NCBI GenBank assembly: GCA_041690355.1
Contig: JAWLHK010000013.1
Coordinates: 62,001-114,146 of the forward strand
DNA length: 52,146 bases
Direction: 5' to 3'
DNA from: a bacterium
Lineage (GTDB): Bacteria > J088 > JAWLBW01
The translations under genes and the position numbers were made by a program. The notes under the pieces are model-generated. The model saw only the letters and a list, made by a program, of their open reading frames with translations, was not told the origin of the DNA and made no database searches. Below, one piece after another: positions 1-9,721 of the stretch (position 1 is the first letter of the stretch; every line of letters begins with the position of its first letter).

Positions 1-1
1 C

Positions 2-442
2 TCCATTCTCGCCAAGCGCGAGGCGGTCGCGCTCGGCTATGACGAAGCGCTCATGCTCGACGCCGAGGGCTTCGTGGCCGAGGCGAGCGGCGAGAACATC
101 TTTCTCGTCAAGAACGGCGTCATCAAAACGAGCCCGCTCACGTCGGTGCTCAAGGGCATCACGCGCGATTGCGTGCTGACCATCGCCGAAGAGCTGGGCT
201 ACCGGGTCATCGAAGAGCGTTTCACGCGCGACGACCTCTACGTCGCCGACGAGGCCTTCTTCACGGGAACCGCCGCCGAGATCACGCCGATTCGCGAAGT
301 CGACGACCGCAGAATCGGCTCCGGCGGGCGCGGGCCCGTGACGAAAGCCGTCCAGGAGCGGTACTTCGCCATCGTCAAGGGCGAAGAGCCACGGCACCAC
401 AACTGGCTGACCTTCGTGCCGCCCGAGCCGGTCCGGTCCTGA
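2..442 (+). CDS. ilvE: Branched-chain amino acid aminotransferase (class IV), 5'-truncated by window edge
   Basis: Motifs EASGENIF, LKGITR, ADEAFFTGTAAEITPIREVD typical of fold-type IV PLP aminotransferases; frame open from window start. Confidence 0.92.
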   Translation, partial: SILAKREAVALGYDEALMLDAEGFVAEASGENIFLVKNGVIKTSPLTSVLKGITRDCVLTIAEELGYRVIEERFTRDDLYVADEAFFTGTAAEITPIREVDDRRIGSGGRGPVTKAVQERYFAIVKGEEPRHHNWLTFVPPEPVRS

Positions 443-1155
443 TGGCCGGCCGCTCGTACGACGCCTTTTCCATTCTCTATCGTCAGGCCGGATTTCAGCA
501 GTTTGCCGATCGCATCGGCCGGCGCATCGCCTCGCAGTGGAAGCGCACGGTACCCGCAGGCTCGCGCGTGCTCGACCTCGGCTGCGGTACCGGCGGCGCG
601 GTTCCCGCTCTGCGGGACGCCGGATTCCGCGTCGTGGGTGTCGATTTGAGTCTAGGCATGCTGCGCGCCTATCCGGCCCTCGCCATCCAGGCCGATATCC
701 GGAAGTTGCCGCTGCTGGGACCCTTCGGGGCGGCGCTCGCCTTGTACGACACCGTCAACCATCTCCCGCCCGGGTCGCTGCCCGAGTTCTTCGCCGAGGT
801 TGCCCGCGTTCTGCCGGCGGGGGCCCCCTTCGCCTTCGACGTGAATACGCTGGAGGGCTCGACGATGTGGGTCGACGACAGCTACGAAGTCCGGCGGCGG
901 GATGCGCGGCTCACGGTCACGTCGCGCTTCGATGCCGAAACCCGGCGGCTCGAAAACCACGTGCGCGGTTGGGTGCAGAATCCGGGCGGGCGCGAGACGA
1001 TCGAAGAGACGATCGTCGAGTGGTATCATCCCGAAGAGCCGCTGCTCGCCCTGGCACAAGCAGCCGGATTCACCCTGGTCGACGAGGATCCGCTCTTCAT
1101 GGACGACGAGCGCCCCGAAACGCCCAGCAAATGGCTGTTCCGCCTGATCCGCTGA
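442..1155 (+). CDS. Class I SAM-dependent methyltransferase
   Basis: ATG overlaps ilvE stop (TGATG); VLDLGCGTG motif I, GVDLS, DTVNHL, FAFDVNT. Confidence 0.88.
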   Translation: MAGRSYDAFSILYRQAGFQQFADRIGRRIASQWKRTVPAGSRVLDLGCGTGGAVPALRDAGFRVVGVDLSLGMLRAYPALAIQADIRKLPLLGPFGAALALYDTVNHLPPGSLPEFFAEVARVLPAGAPFAFDVNTLEGSTMWVDDSYEVRRRDARLTVTSRFDAETRRLENHVRGWVQNPGGRETIEETIVEWYHPEEPLLALAQAAGFTLVDEDPLFMDDERPETPSKWLFRLIR

Positions 1156-1158
1156 GGG

Positions 1159-4095
1159 TCAGAACGCGTACCCGTGCAGCACGAAGTAGGGGGCGAGACC
1201 GTTGCGCTCGGCCGCCGGTGACACGGGGAGGGCAGCGCCGATGCCGAGCGACAGCGGGAAGAGGTAGCCGATCGTCAGATCGACGATGAACTCGCCGCCG
1301 ACCGCGGCGCGCCAGACCGGGCTGTCGATCCAGGCGCTCCCCCCTTCGGCATACAGGGCCCCGTGGAGCTGATCGACGAGGAGCGGAAATGTTCCCCAGG
1401 CCGGGATGCCGCGTTTGAGGAAGAGCAGGGGAAAGCGGTATTCGAGGCTCGCCTTGGCCACGCGGCTCCCCTGCTGGAGGCTCGTGGTTGCGAATCCGCG
1501 AAGGGGAATTCCCTCGGCTGTGCCGAGCGAACTCTGCTCTTCGAGCCCCCCCAGGCGAAAGGGGCCTCCGAAGCGGGCGTTCGACGCGATGCCGCCGACC
1601 CCCTGCACGGCGAGAACCTGACGGGCCGGGAGACTCCAGTAGTAACGCAGGTCGGCGACGGCGCTGTGATTCGTATAGGTCGCCCCGAGCCAGGGCGCGA
1701 TGGCCCGGCCGGTGAGCGAAAAGCGGGCGCCGTCTTCGATGCTGATGCTGTTCGTGTAGTGGCGCGCCGAACCAAAGGTGAACTGCAGGGCCGCGCCGGC
1801 GCTGCGCCGGCTGAGGCGGATGCCGTCGCCGGCGATCATGCCGATTTCCCGCTCATGCACCAGACTGTACTCTGCCGTGAGTCCGGCGGCCGAGCGCAGG
1901 CCGGGAAAGGGAAAGAGAACGCTCGCGGCGGCCCCTTGAGCCCGCACTCCCGTCTCGGCATCGGGTTCGGCTCCGGCGTGCAACGTGTCGAGGCGCGGGG
2001 CGTCGAGGGCTGCCAGGCCCAGTGTCGGCGTCCACCCGTCCCACTGGTACCCGAAGGCAAATCCGGGACGGTCGAGCAGGGTGTGGTAAAACCCCGTCAG
2101 CTCGTAGGCGTGCATTCCGAGCACATCCTCGCCCGTGAGGGAAACGCCCGCCTCGGCCCATCCCCCCGAGCCCAGCAGGCTCTCTGCCGTCAGGTAGGGC
2201 ATCCACTGACGCGGCCAGAGGGTCTCTGCTGCGCGGTAGTCGCGCTCGGGGCCCGACCAAGGCGCCGAGCGGTCCTGCCACGCAGCGCGGTCGATGCGCC
2301 AGGCGACGGCCGGCGAGGTGACCGGACTCAGGGCGATACGCGCCGGATAGAACCCGCGCCCATCATAGGCGGCCGCGACCACGCGCCCCGCGTGCACGTC
2401 GGATTCGAAGAATCCGAAAGGCGTGTGGGTCATCTGCACCATCTCTTGCGCGACGGCTGTGGCGGGCGCGGGGGAACCGGCGGGCACGGTGTAGAGGTTG
2501 TAGATCCCCGTCCGGTCGCTGCTGAAGAGGAGGGTATCGTCGTCCAGAAACACCGGCGCGAGATCGAGGTGCCGGTCGGCGGTCAGCCGCCGTTCGCCGC
2601 CCTGAAGATCCGTGACGTAAAGATCGATGAATCCCCCTCGGCTCCAGGCGGCGTAAGCGAGGCGCGAGCCGTCGGGCGAGAAACGCGGCGTGTCGAAGAT
2701 GCGGTCTGCGCCGCCGGCCAGCGTGCGCGGTGCGCCAGGTCGCCCCGCTTCCATCGGATAGAGCATCAGCCGCTGCTCGCTCACGTCATTCTGCACGGCG
2801 GCCAGCCAGCGCCCGTCAGGCGAGACGTCGAGCGAGAGCAGGCGCGCCCCCGTCGTGAGCCGCTCTACCGTGCCCGAAGCGAAGTCATAGCGAAAGGCGT
2901 CGCCGTAGACGTTGAAGCGCTCGTATACCGCGCCCTGGACGAAATACAGGTACCGGCCGTCTGCCGACGGGGCGAGATTGCCGAGCGCGAGATCGTGCTC
3001 GAAGAGAACCCGTTCGACGCCGGTGCCCAGATCGACTGCGCGGACGTGCGGATAGGCGGTCGCGTTCTGAACCGTGAAGTAGACCGTGGCACCGTCGGGA
3101 GAGAACCGCGGACGGCGCGTCGACCAGCGCTCCTGCGTCAATGCTTCGGCCCGCGTGAAGGGCGCATGGGCACGCAGGCTGCGGCGCAGCGCACGGGACT
3201 CCCGGATCAGGTTGCGCTGCCAGGCTTCCCACTCGCTCTCGAGCGACGCGCCCAGCTCCATGACCGCGGCGGCCGAAGGGAGCAGCGGCGAGAGTCCGGT
3301 CGCGTAGGCATGGTACATCGCGTTCAGCCGCTCGCGGCCGTACTTTGCCGAAAGGTAATCGAGAAACGCCTCGCCGTACAGGTAGCGGAACGCACCGCCC
3401 GGCCATTCCCCCTCATCCCCGTTCCCCTTATCGAGCGGAAACAGCGTGCCCTGCAGCGCGGCCGTGCGCAGGATCATGGCCGTGTAGCTGCTGTCGCCGC
3501 GGCCGGCTGTCGTGTGCTCGGTTTCGTCGAGGGTGGCATACCCTTCGACCATCCAGAGGGGAAGAAAGAGGTTCGGAAACGGGAGTACGGGCACCGGAAT
3601 GCCGTTGATGCCGGCAATCGCCGCCCGGCCGAGCATGTCGCGGGCCGCCTTGGCGGGGCCGAACGCCTGATCGAGGTGGAGAATGTGGTTGTATTCGTGC
3701 GTGAACACGAGGCGCAACCAGTCGTCCTGGTCGCCCAGCGCCGACGCCGGCGCCGGCGGGGTCGTATAGATCTGAATCGCGTTATGCGGCGAGGGGGTCG
3801 CCGAGCCGTTCGTGAGATCGAGATAGTCGATGAGCACGATGTGCGTGCGCTCTTCGGGCGTCCACCCGATGGCGCGTGTGAGGCGGTCGTGAATCGGTTC
3901 TACCATACCGGCGAGCCGCCGGGCGACCGCCGCGCTGCGCGCGGGGAAGTGGATGAGGAAGTGGCTCGTCTCCAGCGTCTTCCACGAGATGTCGGGCGGA
4001 TGCGCCGCAGCGCTCGCCGCACCCGGGAGCGCGGCCGTCGCGAAGAGCACCGCGAGAAAGAGCCGGCCGAACCGCCGGCAGGCTGCGAGAAGCAT
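1159..4095 (-). CDS. Outer-membrane protein: signal peptide, HExxH metallopeptidase-like domain, TolB/PD40-like beta-propeller, Omp85/BamA-like C-terminal barrel
   Basis: HEYNH...WMVEGYA zinc motif; repeated FSPDG/SPDG blades; ADLRYY, PLRGF, SLEYRFPL and terminal Phe (HGYAF). Confidence 0.82.
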   Translation of the reverse strand: MLLAACRRFGRLFLAVLFATAALPGAASAAAHPPDISWKTLETSHFLIHFPARSAAVARRLAGMVEPIHDRLTRAIGWTPEERTHIVLIDYLDLTNGSATPSPHNAIQIYTTPPAPASALGDQDDWLRLVFTHEYNHILHLDQAFGPAKAARDMLGRAAIAGINGIPVPVLPFPNLFLPLWMVEGYATLDETEHTTAGRGDSSYTAMILRTAALQGTLFPLDKGNGDEGEWPGGAFRYLYGEAFLDYLSAKYGRERLNAMYHAYATGLSPLLPSAAAVMELGASLESEWEAWQRNLIRESRALRRSLRAHAPFTRAEALTQERWSTRRPRFSPDGATVYFTVQNATAYPHVRAVDLGTGVERVLFEHDLALGNLAPSADGRYLYFVQGAVYERFNVYGDAFRYDFASGTVERLTTGARLLSLDVSPDGRWLAAVQNDVSEQRLMLYPMEAGRPGAPRTLAGGADRIFDTPRFSPDGSRLAYAAWSRGGFIDLYVTDLQGGERRLTADRHLDLAPVFLDDDTLLFSSDRTGIYNLYTVPAGSPAPATAVAQEMVQMTHTPFGFFESDVHAGRVVAAAYDGRGFYPARIALSPVTSPAVAWRIDRAAWQDRSAPWSGPERDYRAAETLWPRQWMPYLTAESLLGSGGWAEAGVSLTGEDVLGMHAYELTGFYHTLLDRPGFAFGYQWDGWTPTLGLAALDAPRLDTLHAGAEPDAETGVRAQGAAASVLFPFPGLRSAAGLTAEYSLVHEREIGMIAGDGIRLSRRSAGAALQFTFGSARHYTNSISIEDGARFSLTGRAIAPWLGATYTNHSAVADLRYYWSLPARQVLAVQGVGGIASNARFGGPFRLGGLEEQSSLGTAEGIPLRGFATTSLQQGSRVAKASLEYRFPLLFLKRGIPAWGTFPLLVDQLHGALYAEGGSAWIDSPVWRAAVGGEFIVDLTIGYLFPLSLGIGAALPVSPAAERNGLAPYFVLHGYAF

Positions 4096-6275
4096 CAGTC
4101 TACGCCGGCGGGCTGGAACTGGGCGGTGAGAAACCCGGTGGGGAGCTGCACCTCGGGCGCATAGAGATAACGATAGCGAATGAGACTCGTCGTTACCTTC
4201 TTCACGTAGCGCCGGGTTTCGAGGTATGGGATCTGCTCGACGAACTCGTCAAGCTCGAGCCCCGGACGCTCCCGCATCCACCGGTCGACGTTGTGGGGGC
4301 CGCCGTTGTAGCCGGCGAACGCCAGGAAGAGATTGTCGTTGTAGTTGCGCACCAGCGAATGGATATAGGCCGTGCCGAGCGCGATATTCAGCTCGGGCTG
4401 ATAAAGGTCGCGCGGCCCGGGGGCCGGAAGCTTGAGGCGTGCGGCGACGCGGCGCGCCGTGGGCACGATGAGCTGCAGCAGCCCGTAGGCGTCGGCCGGG
4501 CTCGAGACATCGGGTTGAAAACGGCTTTCTTCGCGCATGAGCGAAAGCACGACGTGCGGGTCGATGCCATGCTCGACGGCGCGGGCGCGCACGAGGTCGG
4601 CGAATGCCTCGGGATACGCCAGCTCCCAGACGTCGGTGTAAAAGACATCGTTGCGCTGCAGCTCGGCGCCGAAGTTGTTCCAGGCCAGACGCTGGGCCGC
4701 CGTGTAGCGGCCGATCGAGATGAGCGCCTGCGCGATGGCATGCGCGTGCGCCTGGCCGCTGTCGAGCTGATAACCGGCCATGAACTCGGTTTCGGCCTCG
4801 TCCGGCCGGCCCAGCGCGGCGAGCACGTCACCGCGTTCGAGATGAAAGCGCACCTCGGCGTTGGCGGCGTAGCTGGCATCGGCGGCGAAGAAGCGCGCGC
4901 GTTCGGGCTTGAAGAGCGGTTCGTCAGGCAGGCGGGCTGCCGCGAGAAAGCCATAGTAATGCAGCGGCATCTCGCGGGCGATGGCCTGATAGGCGGCACG
5001 GGCGACCTCGACCGCGCCGAGCCGTTCGTCGCAGCGGGCCATCCAGTAGCGGGCGGCTGCTCCCGACTCATCGGCGAACCGGGCCCGCTGCTCGAAGGCC
5101 TTGCGCGCTTCGGCGAATCTGCCCTGATGGTAGCGCGCCCAGGCCAGGCCCCAGAGCGCGTCCTGGCGGAGTTCGTGATTGCCGAAGCGATCGAGAAAGA
5201 CCTGGAATTCCTTTTCGGCGCTCGCGTCGTTTTCTTCCTGCAGGTGAATGAGGGCGACTTTGAACTGCGCCTGCGCACCCCAGGCGGCGGCTGCGGGAGT
5301 CTTGCGCGCGAGTTCGACGAGTTTGCGGTACTCGGCCAGCGAGCGTTCGGGACGCCCCAGGCGGCTCTGCGTGTAGGCGAAATAGTATTGGGCGCGCCAT
5401 GCGTTTTCGGTGCCGGCGGGCGTCCGGGCGGCTGCGAAGATATCCTCGGCGTCTGCGTAGGCGCGGCGATTGAACCGCGCGATGCCCCGTTGCACGTGAA
5501 GGTGCTGGCGCGTAGCCGGGTCCTTGGTCGTGCGCAGCAGCTCGGCGTACATCCCGGCGGCGGCGTCCCAGGCGCGCACGCCGAAGTACCGATCGGCCCG
5601 CATCCGCTGTTCAGCCGGCGTGAACGGAGCGGTCGCGATACCCGCGGCCGCCAGAGCCCGGAGGCGCTCTTCGGCGGCGAGCGCGCTTGAAGAGGCGGGG
5701 AAGAGCAGCATCATGTCGCGGTAGAGCGAGGCGGCTTCGGTGACCCGGCCGGCCGATTCGAAAAGAGAACCCAGAATCATGCGCCGCCGGTTGCGCTCTG
5801 AGGCCGAGTCTGTCTGGTCGGCCCAGCGCTCGGCTTCGGCAGCCACTTCGGCCGCGCGGCCGCCCACGAGGCGGGCGTGAAGCAGCCGCTCTTCGGCGTC
5901 GTCGGCGAATACCGAAAGGGGTATGTCGCGTACGATCTGCTCGTAATGCGTGGCCGCTGCCGTGACGTCGCCCGCGGCTTCGAGCGCGCGTCCGCGCAGG
6001 TAGTACCGGTAATCGGCAAATTCGGGCCAGGCCCAGCCGGTGGCTTCGAGCACGGCCGGCCAGCGCTGTTCGTCCGCGGCTCGCAGCGAGTAGGCGAGCG
6101 CGTCGCGCCACTGGCGGCGGATGTCGGCGGCCGGGAGGGCGTCGGCGCGGTCGGCCGGCGGCGCCGCGGGCTCCATGCGCGCGTGTCCGGGCGTGCAGGC
6201 GGCGCCGAAGAGAAGTCCGAGCGCCAAGCCGCTCCTGAGCAGGGTTGAGCGGTGGGACATGCGGGTGAGGTTCAT
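4095..6275 (-). CDS. TPR-repeat soluble lytic transglycosylase (Slt70-like), possible lipoprotein
   Basis: MREESRF, GLLQL, AGYNGG, ETRRYVKKV SLT motifs; helical TPR region; FGAAC lipobox-like sequence. Confidence 0.9.
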   Translation of the reverse strand: MNLTRMSHRSTLLRSGLALGLLFGAACTPGHARMEPAAPPADRADALPAADIRRQWRDALAYSLRAADEQRWPAVLEATGWAWPEFADYRYYLRGRALEAAGDVTAAATHYEQIVRDIPLSVFADDAEERLLHARLVGGRAAEVAAEAERWADQTDSASERNRRRMILGSLFESAGRVTEAASLYRDMMLLFPASSSALAAEERLRALAAAGIATAPFTPAEQRMRADRYFGVRAWDAAAGMYAELLRTTKDPATRQHLHVQRGIARFNRRAYADAEDIFAAARTPAGTENAWRAQYYFAYTQSRLGRPERSLAEYRKLVELARKTPAAAAWGAQAQFKVALIHLQEENDASAEKEFQVFLDRFGNHELRQDALWGLAWARYHQGRFAEARKAFEQRARFADESGAAARYWMARCDERLGAVEVARAAYQAIAREMPLHYYGFLAAARLPDEPLFKPERARFFAADASYAANAEVRFHLERGDVLAALGRPDEAETEFMAGYQLDSGQAHAHAIAQALISIGRYTAAQRLAWNNFGAELQRNDVFYTDVWELAYPEAFADLVRARAVEHGIDPHVVLSLMREESRFQPDVSSPADAYGLLQLIVPTARRVAARLKLPAPGPRDLYQPELNIALGTAYIHSLVRNYNDNLFLAFAGYNGGPHNVDRWMRERPGLELDEFVEQIPYLETRRYVKKVTTSLIRYRYLYAPEVQLPTGFLTAQFQPAGVD

Positions 6276-7114
6276 CGCGCCCCCCCGCTCTCCAGCGCCG
6301 CGAGAAAACGCTCGGCCACCTGCGGGGCCACTGCATGCGTGCCGAGGGGCATCTCGCGCGGCGTACCGTGCCAGTCACTGCCGCCCGTCGTGAGCAGGCC
6401 CCGCTGGCGCGCGTCGTCGTAGAGCCTGCCGGCCGTGTCGCGGCGTCTGAAGTTGTGCGTCTCGACCCCGTCGAGACCCGCATCGAGCAGCGGTTCGAGA
6501 AAACGCCCGTACTCTTCGGGCCGGGGATGGGCCCAGACGACGAGGCCTCCCAGGGCATGCACCTTTTCGGTCACCGTCGCGGGAGGGATATCGAGGTTGG
6601 GAATCCGGGCCCGCCCCGGATTGAGAATCCGCCCGAAGGCCTGGTCTTCGGTGCGCGCATACCCGGCGCTTACCAGCGCCTTGGCCAGATGCAGCCGGGT
6701 CAGGCTGTCGGGACCGTCCATGGGCAGGTCCGATTCGGTCAGAAAAATGCCGCGAACGCGAAGCTCGCGCACCGCCTTGCGCATGCGCTCGCGCCGCTGG
6801 AGCTGCACATCGTCGAGAAACCCGGTCAGCTCGGCGGCCTCGGATTCATCGGGCAGGCGGCGAAAATAGGCGAGCAGGTGGAGTTCGTGCCCGTCGAGGC
6901 CGGCGGTCATCTCGACGCCGGGAATGAGCCGGACACCGACCTCCCGGGCCGCCTGCGCCGCCTCGGAGAGCCCCCCCACCGAATCGTGGTCGGTGATGGC
7001 GATGGTATCCAGGCCGCCGGCGTGCGCCCGGCGCACGACTTCGGCCGGGCTGAGCGACCCGTCAGACCGGTCTGTGTGCATGTGAAGGTCGGCGCGAATC
7101 TGCTTTCTCCTCAA
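6272..7114 (-). CDS. PHP-domain phosphoesterase (TrpH/YciV-like); start uncertain (TTG 7114 or ATT 7099)
   Basis: DLHMHT, AITDHD, IPGVE, AHP, GGSDWHG motifs. Confidence 0.9.
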   Translation of the reverse strand: MRRKQIRADLHMHTDRSDGSLSPAEVVRRAHAGGLDTIAITDHDSVGGLSEAAQAAREVGVRLIPGVEMTAGLDGHELHLLAYFRRLPDESEAAELTGFLDDVQLQRRERMRKAVRELRVRGIFLTESDLPMDGPDSLTRLHLAKALVSAGYARTEDQAFGRILNPGRARIPNLDIPPATVTEKVHALGGLVVWAHPRPEEYGRFLEPLLDAGLDGVETHNFRRRDTAGRLYDDARQRGLLTTGGSDWHGTPREMPLGTHAVAPQVAERFLAALESGGAR

Positions 7115-7216
7115 CCACTTAGGCTATGTTCATTCTAGCCGGTGGCTCCCGGCCCCGTCAACGCGATGGGCCTCTTTCAGATGCCCGTCGCCCCGGTCGC
7201 AGGGTACACTGGGGCG

Positions 7217-8101
7217 ATGCTTTCGGAACAGGTCGATCTCTATCTGGACCACCTCCGGGCCGAACGGGGGCTGAGCCGGCATTCGCTCGAGGCGTATGCC
7301 CGCGATCTGCAGTTCTATCTGCGCGCCGTCGAGGGGCGGGGCGAGCCCGACGCCGCCGACCTGCGGGGGCTTCTCGATGCGGCGGCCGAGTCCGGTCTCG
7401 GGGCGCGCTCGCGGGCCCGCATGCTTTCGGCCCTGCGCGGCTTCTACCGTTTTCGCCTGCGCGAGGGGATGATCGTCGCCAACCCCGTCGATCTGCTCGA
7501 CGCTCCGAAACTGAGCCGCCACGTCCCCCGCGTCCTTTCCGAGGCCGAAGTCGATCGTCTGCTTTCGGCGCCTTCGGGCGACACGGCGCTGGGCCTGCGC
7601 GACCGGGCCATGCTTCAGGTGCTCTATGCCACGGGTCTGCGCGTGAGCGAACTCGTGAACCTCGAGCTGACCGGGCTGCGGCTCGACGAGGGATACCTGA
7701 TTGCCTTCGGCAAGCGCGCCAAGGAGCGACCCGTGCCCCTGGGCCGCGATGCGAATGCGGCCGTGCGCGACTATCTCGCCGGGTCGCGCGGAGAGATCCT
7801 GCGGGCGCACCAGAGCCCCCACGTATTCGTCACGGCGCGCGGCGGGCCCATGACGCGCCAGGCCTTCTGGAAGCTGCTCAAGCAATATGCCGTGAAGGCC
7901 GAAATCCGCACCCCCTTCAGTCCGCACACGCTCCGCCACAGCTTCGCCACCCACCTGCTGGCCCACGGGGCCGATCTGCGCAGCGTGCAGCTCATGCTCG
8001 GTCACGCCGATCTGACGACGACGCAGATATACACGCGCGTGGCCCGCGAGCGCCTGAAGCGCCTCTACGACGAAGCCCATCCCCGGGCCCGCCGCGTCTG
8101 A
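7217..8101 (+). CDS. xerD: Site-specific tyrosine recombinase XerD
   Basis: LYATGLRVSEL, MTRQAFWK, SPHTLRHSFATHLL, DLRSVQLMLGHADLTTTQIYT, C-terminal HPRA. Confidence 0.93.
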   Translation: MLSEQVDLYLDHLRAERGLSRHSLEAYARDLQFYLRAVEGRGEPDAADLRGLLDAAAESGLGARSRARMLSALRGFYRFRLREGMIVANPVDLLDAPKLSRHVPRVLSEAEVDRLLSAPSGDTALGLRDRAMLQVLYATGLRVSELVNLELTGLRLDEGYLIAFGKRAKERPVPLGRDANAAVRDYLAGSRGEILRAHQSPHVFVTARGGPMTRQAFWKLLKQYAVKAEIRTPFSPHTLRHSFATHLLAHGADLRSVQLMLGHADLTTTQIYTRVARERLKRLYDEAHPRARRV

Positions 8102-8214
8102 TGGGGAAATCTTCGCGGGCGGTCTGCAGAGTTGCGGCCGGCGAAAAGTCCCGGTAACGTATCGATGCGATCTTGTTGTCGTTGCCCCCGCGGCAGACCG
8201 TCCAGGAGAATCCC

Positions 8215-9681
8215 ATGAAGAAGCAGGACCGACCCGCTCTGAACCTCACGCGCCGCGATGCGCTGAAGAATCTGGCCGTGGCCGCCGGCGCCGCCAGCGT
8301 GCCCGCGTGGCTTGCCGCCTGCGGCGAACCGTCTGCCGAAGAAATCGTGAAGCGCGGGCCGCTCACGGGCGACGAGACCCGCGGTCCGCTCACGCGTGAC
8401 GAGGTGCCCATCGACACCGTCGTCGTCCTCATGATGGAGAACCGGTCGTTCGACCACTACTTCTCGTCGCTGCGGATAGACGAAGGACGCACCGACATCC
8501 GCGCGATGACGGCCGAGACCTTCAATGAAGATTTCGACGGCAACCGTTACCATCCGCAGCTGGCGACGCGCATGTGCGTCGAAGATCCGCCGCACGGGTT
8601 CGGTGCGGGCCACACCCAGTATGCCGGCGGCACCAACGCCGGGTTCGTCAAGGCCCATCTCGAAGAGGCGCACGGGGGCGAAGCGCTTCCGCAGACGGTC
8701 ATGAGCTACCACAATCGCGCTCAGCTGCCGCTCTTCTACAATCTGGCCGACGACTATACGCTCTGCCAGCAGTGGTTCTGCGCCATGATGGGCCCCACCT
8801 GGCCGAACCGCTGGTATGCCCACGGCGCCCAGTCGAACGGCGAAGTCGGCAACAACTTCGGAGGCGACTACTCCTTCGAAATGATCTACGATCGCCTCGC
8901 CGACAAGGGCCTGACGCACCGGTACTACTATGTGGACCTGCCATTTCTGAACATCTCCTCGCGTTACGGTCAGGATCATCCGCGCACAACGAGCCTGATC
9001 TCCAGATTCTTCCAGGACGCCGAGGAGGGGACGCTGCCCAACTACTGCTTCGTGGATCCCGGCTTCAACCTCAACGACGATCATCCGCCCCACCACGTCG
9101 GCCTGGGGCAGCAGTTCGTCTCGAGCATCTATCATGCGCTCGCGAAGAGCCCGCAGTGGGATCGTACGATTCTCTTCGTCACCTACGACGAAAACGGCGG
9201 ATTCTTCGATCACGTCGCGCCCCCGGCGGTCGAGGACGACTGGAAGAGCGTCGGCATCGACAAGCTCGGCTTTCGCGTGCCGGGTTTCGTGGTGGGACCC
9301 TGGGTCAAACAGCAGGTCTCCGACGTTCAATACGACCACACGTCGATGCTCGCCTTCACCGAGTGGCTGTTCGACCTGAAGCCGCTCACCAAGCGCGACG
9401 CGGCGGCCAACAACTTCGTCGACGACGTGCTCGACGCAGCCCGTATCCGCAGCCGCGACCCGCGCAAGCCCAAAGAGTACGCGCCGGTGCTCGTGCCCGA
9501 CTCCGAGATCACCGACGCCTGCCGGTACAGCGCGAGCTTCGCGGGGCAGCAGCACGACGTGCACATGGCGGCGAACCTGGGGCTCATCCCCCGCGAGCTC
9601 GACAAGCGCGAGTTCCGCCTCGACATGCTGCGCATGATTGCCCGCCGCGAGGCCGCCCGCGCCGGAATCCGCCTGTATTAG
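8215..9681 (+). CDS. Phosphoesterase / non-hemolytic phospholipase C family, Tat-exported probable lipoprotein
   Basis: SD AGGAG; TRRDALK twin-arginine motif and LAAC lipobox; MMENRSFDHY, GPTWPNR, TYDENGGFFDHV, LGFRVP, YDHTS. Confidence 0.9.
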   Translation: MKKQDRPALNLTRRDALKNLAVAAGAASVPAWLAACGEPSAEEIVKRGPLTGDETRGPLTRDEVPIDTVVVLMMENRSFDHYFSSLRIDEGRTDIRAMTAETFNEDFDGNRYHPQLATRMCVEDPPHGFGAGHTQYAGGTNAGFVKAHLEEAHGGEALPQTVMSYHNRAQLPLFYNLADDYTLCQQWFCAMMGPTWPNRWYAHGAQSNGEVGNNFGGDYSFEMIYDRLADKGLTHRYYYVDLPFLNISSRYGQDHPRTTSLISRFFQDAEEGTLPNYCFVDPGFNLNDDHPPHHVGLGQQFVSSIYHALAKSPQWDRTILFVTYDENGGFFDHVAPPAVEDDWKSVGIDKLGFRVPGFVVGPWVKQQVSDVQYDHTSMLAFTEWLFDLKPLTKRDAAANNFVDDVLDAARIRSRDPRKPKEYAPVLVPDSEITDACRYSASFAGQQHDVHMAANLGLIPRELDKREFRLDMLRMIARREAARAGIRLY

Positions 9682-9721
9682 GGAGTGCCGTGAAGGGGGG
9701 CGGTGCGTTATCCTGATGGGT

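Noticed and set aside
169-441. N-terminal extensions in the ORF track (methyltransferase from 169; similarly xerD 7142, 9638, 12967, pheS 34880, ihfA 38502, RidA 40774, hemG 44571, porin 46738)
   Set aside because: They overlap upstream genes or promoters; downstream starts fit SD or overlap signals and family N-termini better
1363-4164. 933-aa plus-strand ORF
   Set aside because: Shadow of the motif-bearing minus-strand Omp85-like gene
7217-8101. Tyrosine recombinase as a mobile-element integrase
   Set aside because: Sequence is typical chromosomal XerD; no att sites or cargo nearby, and it is over 30 kb from the tRNA islet
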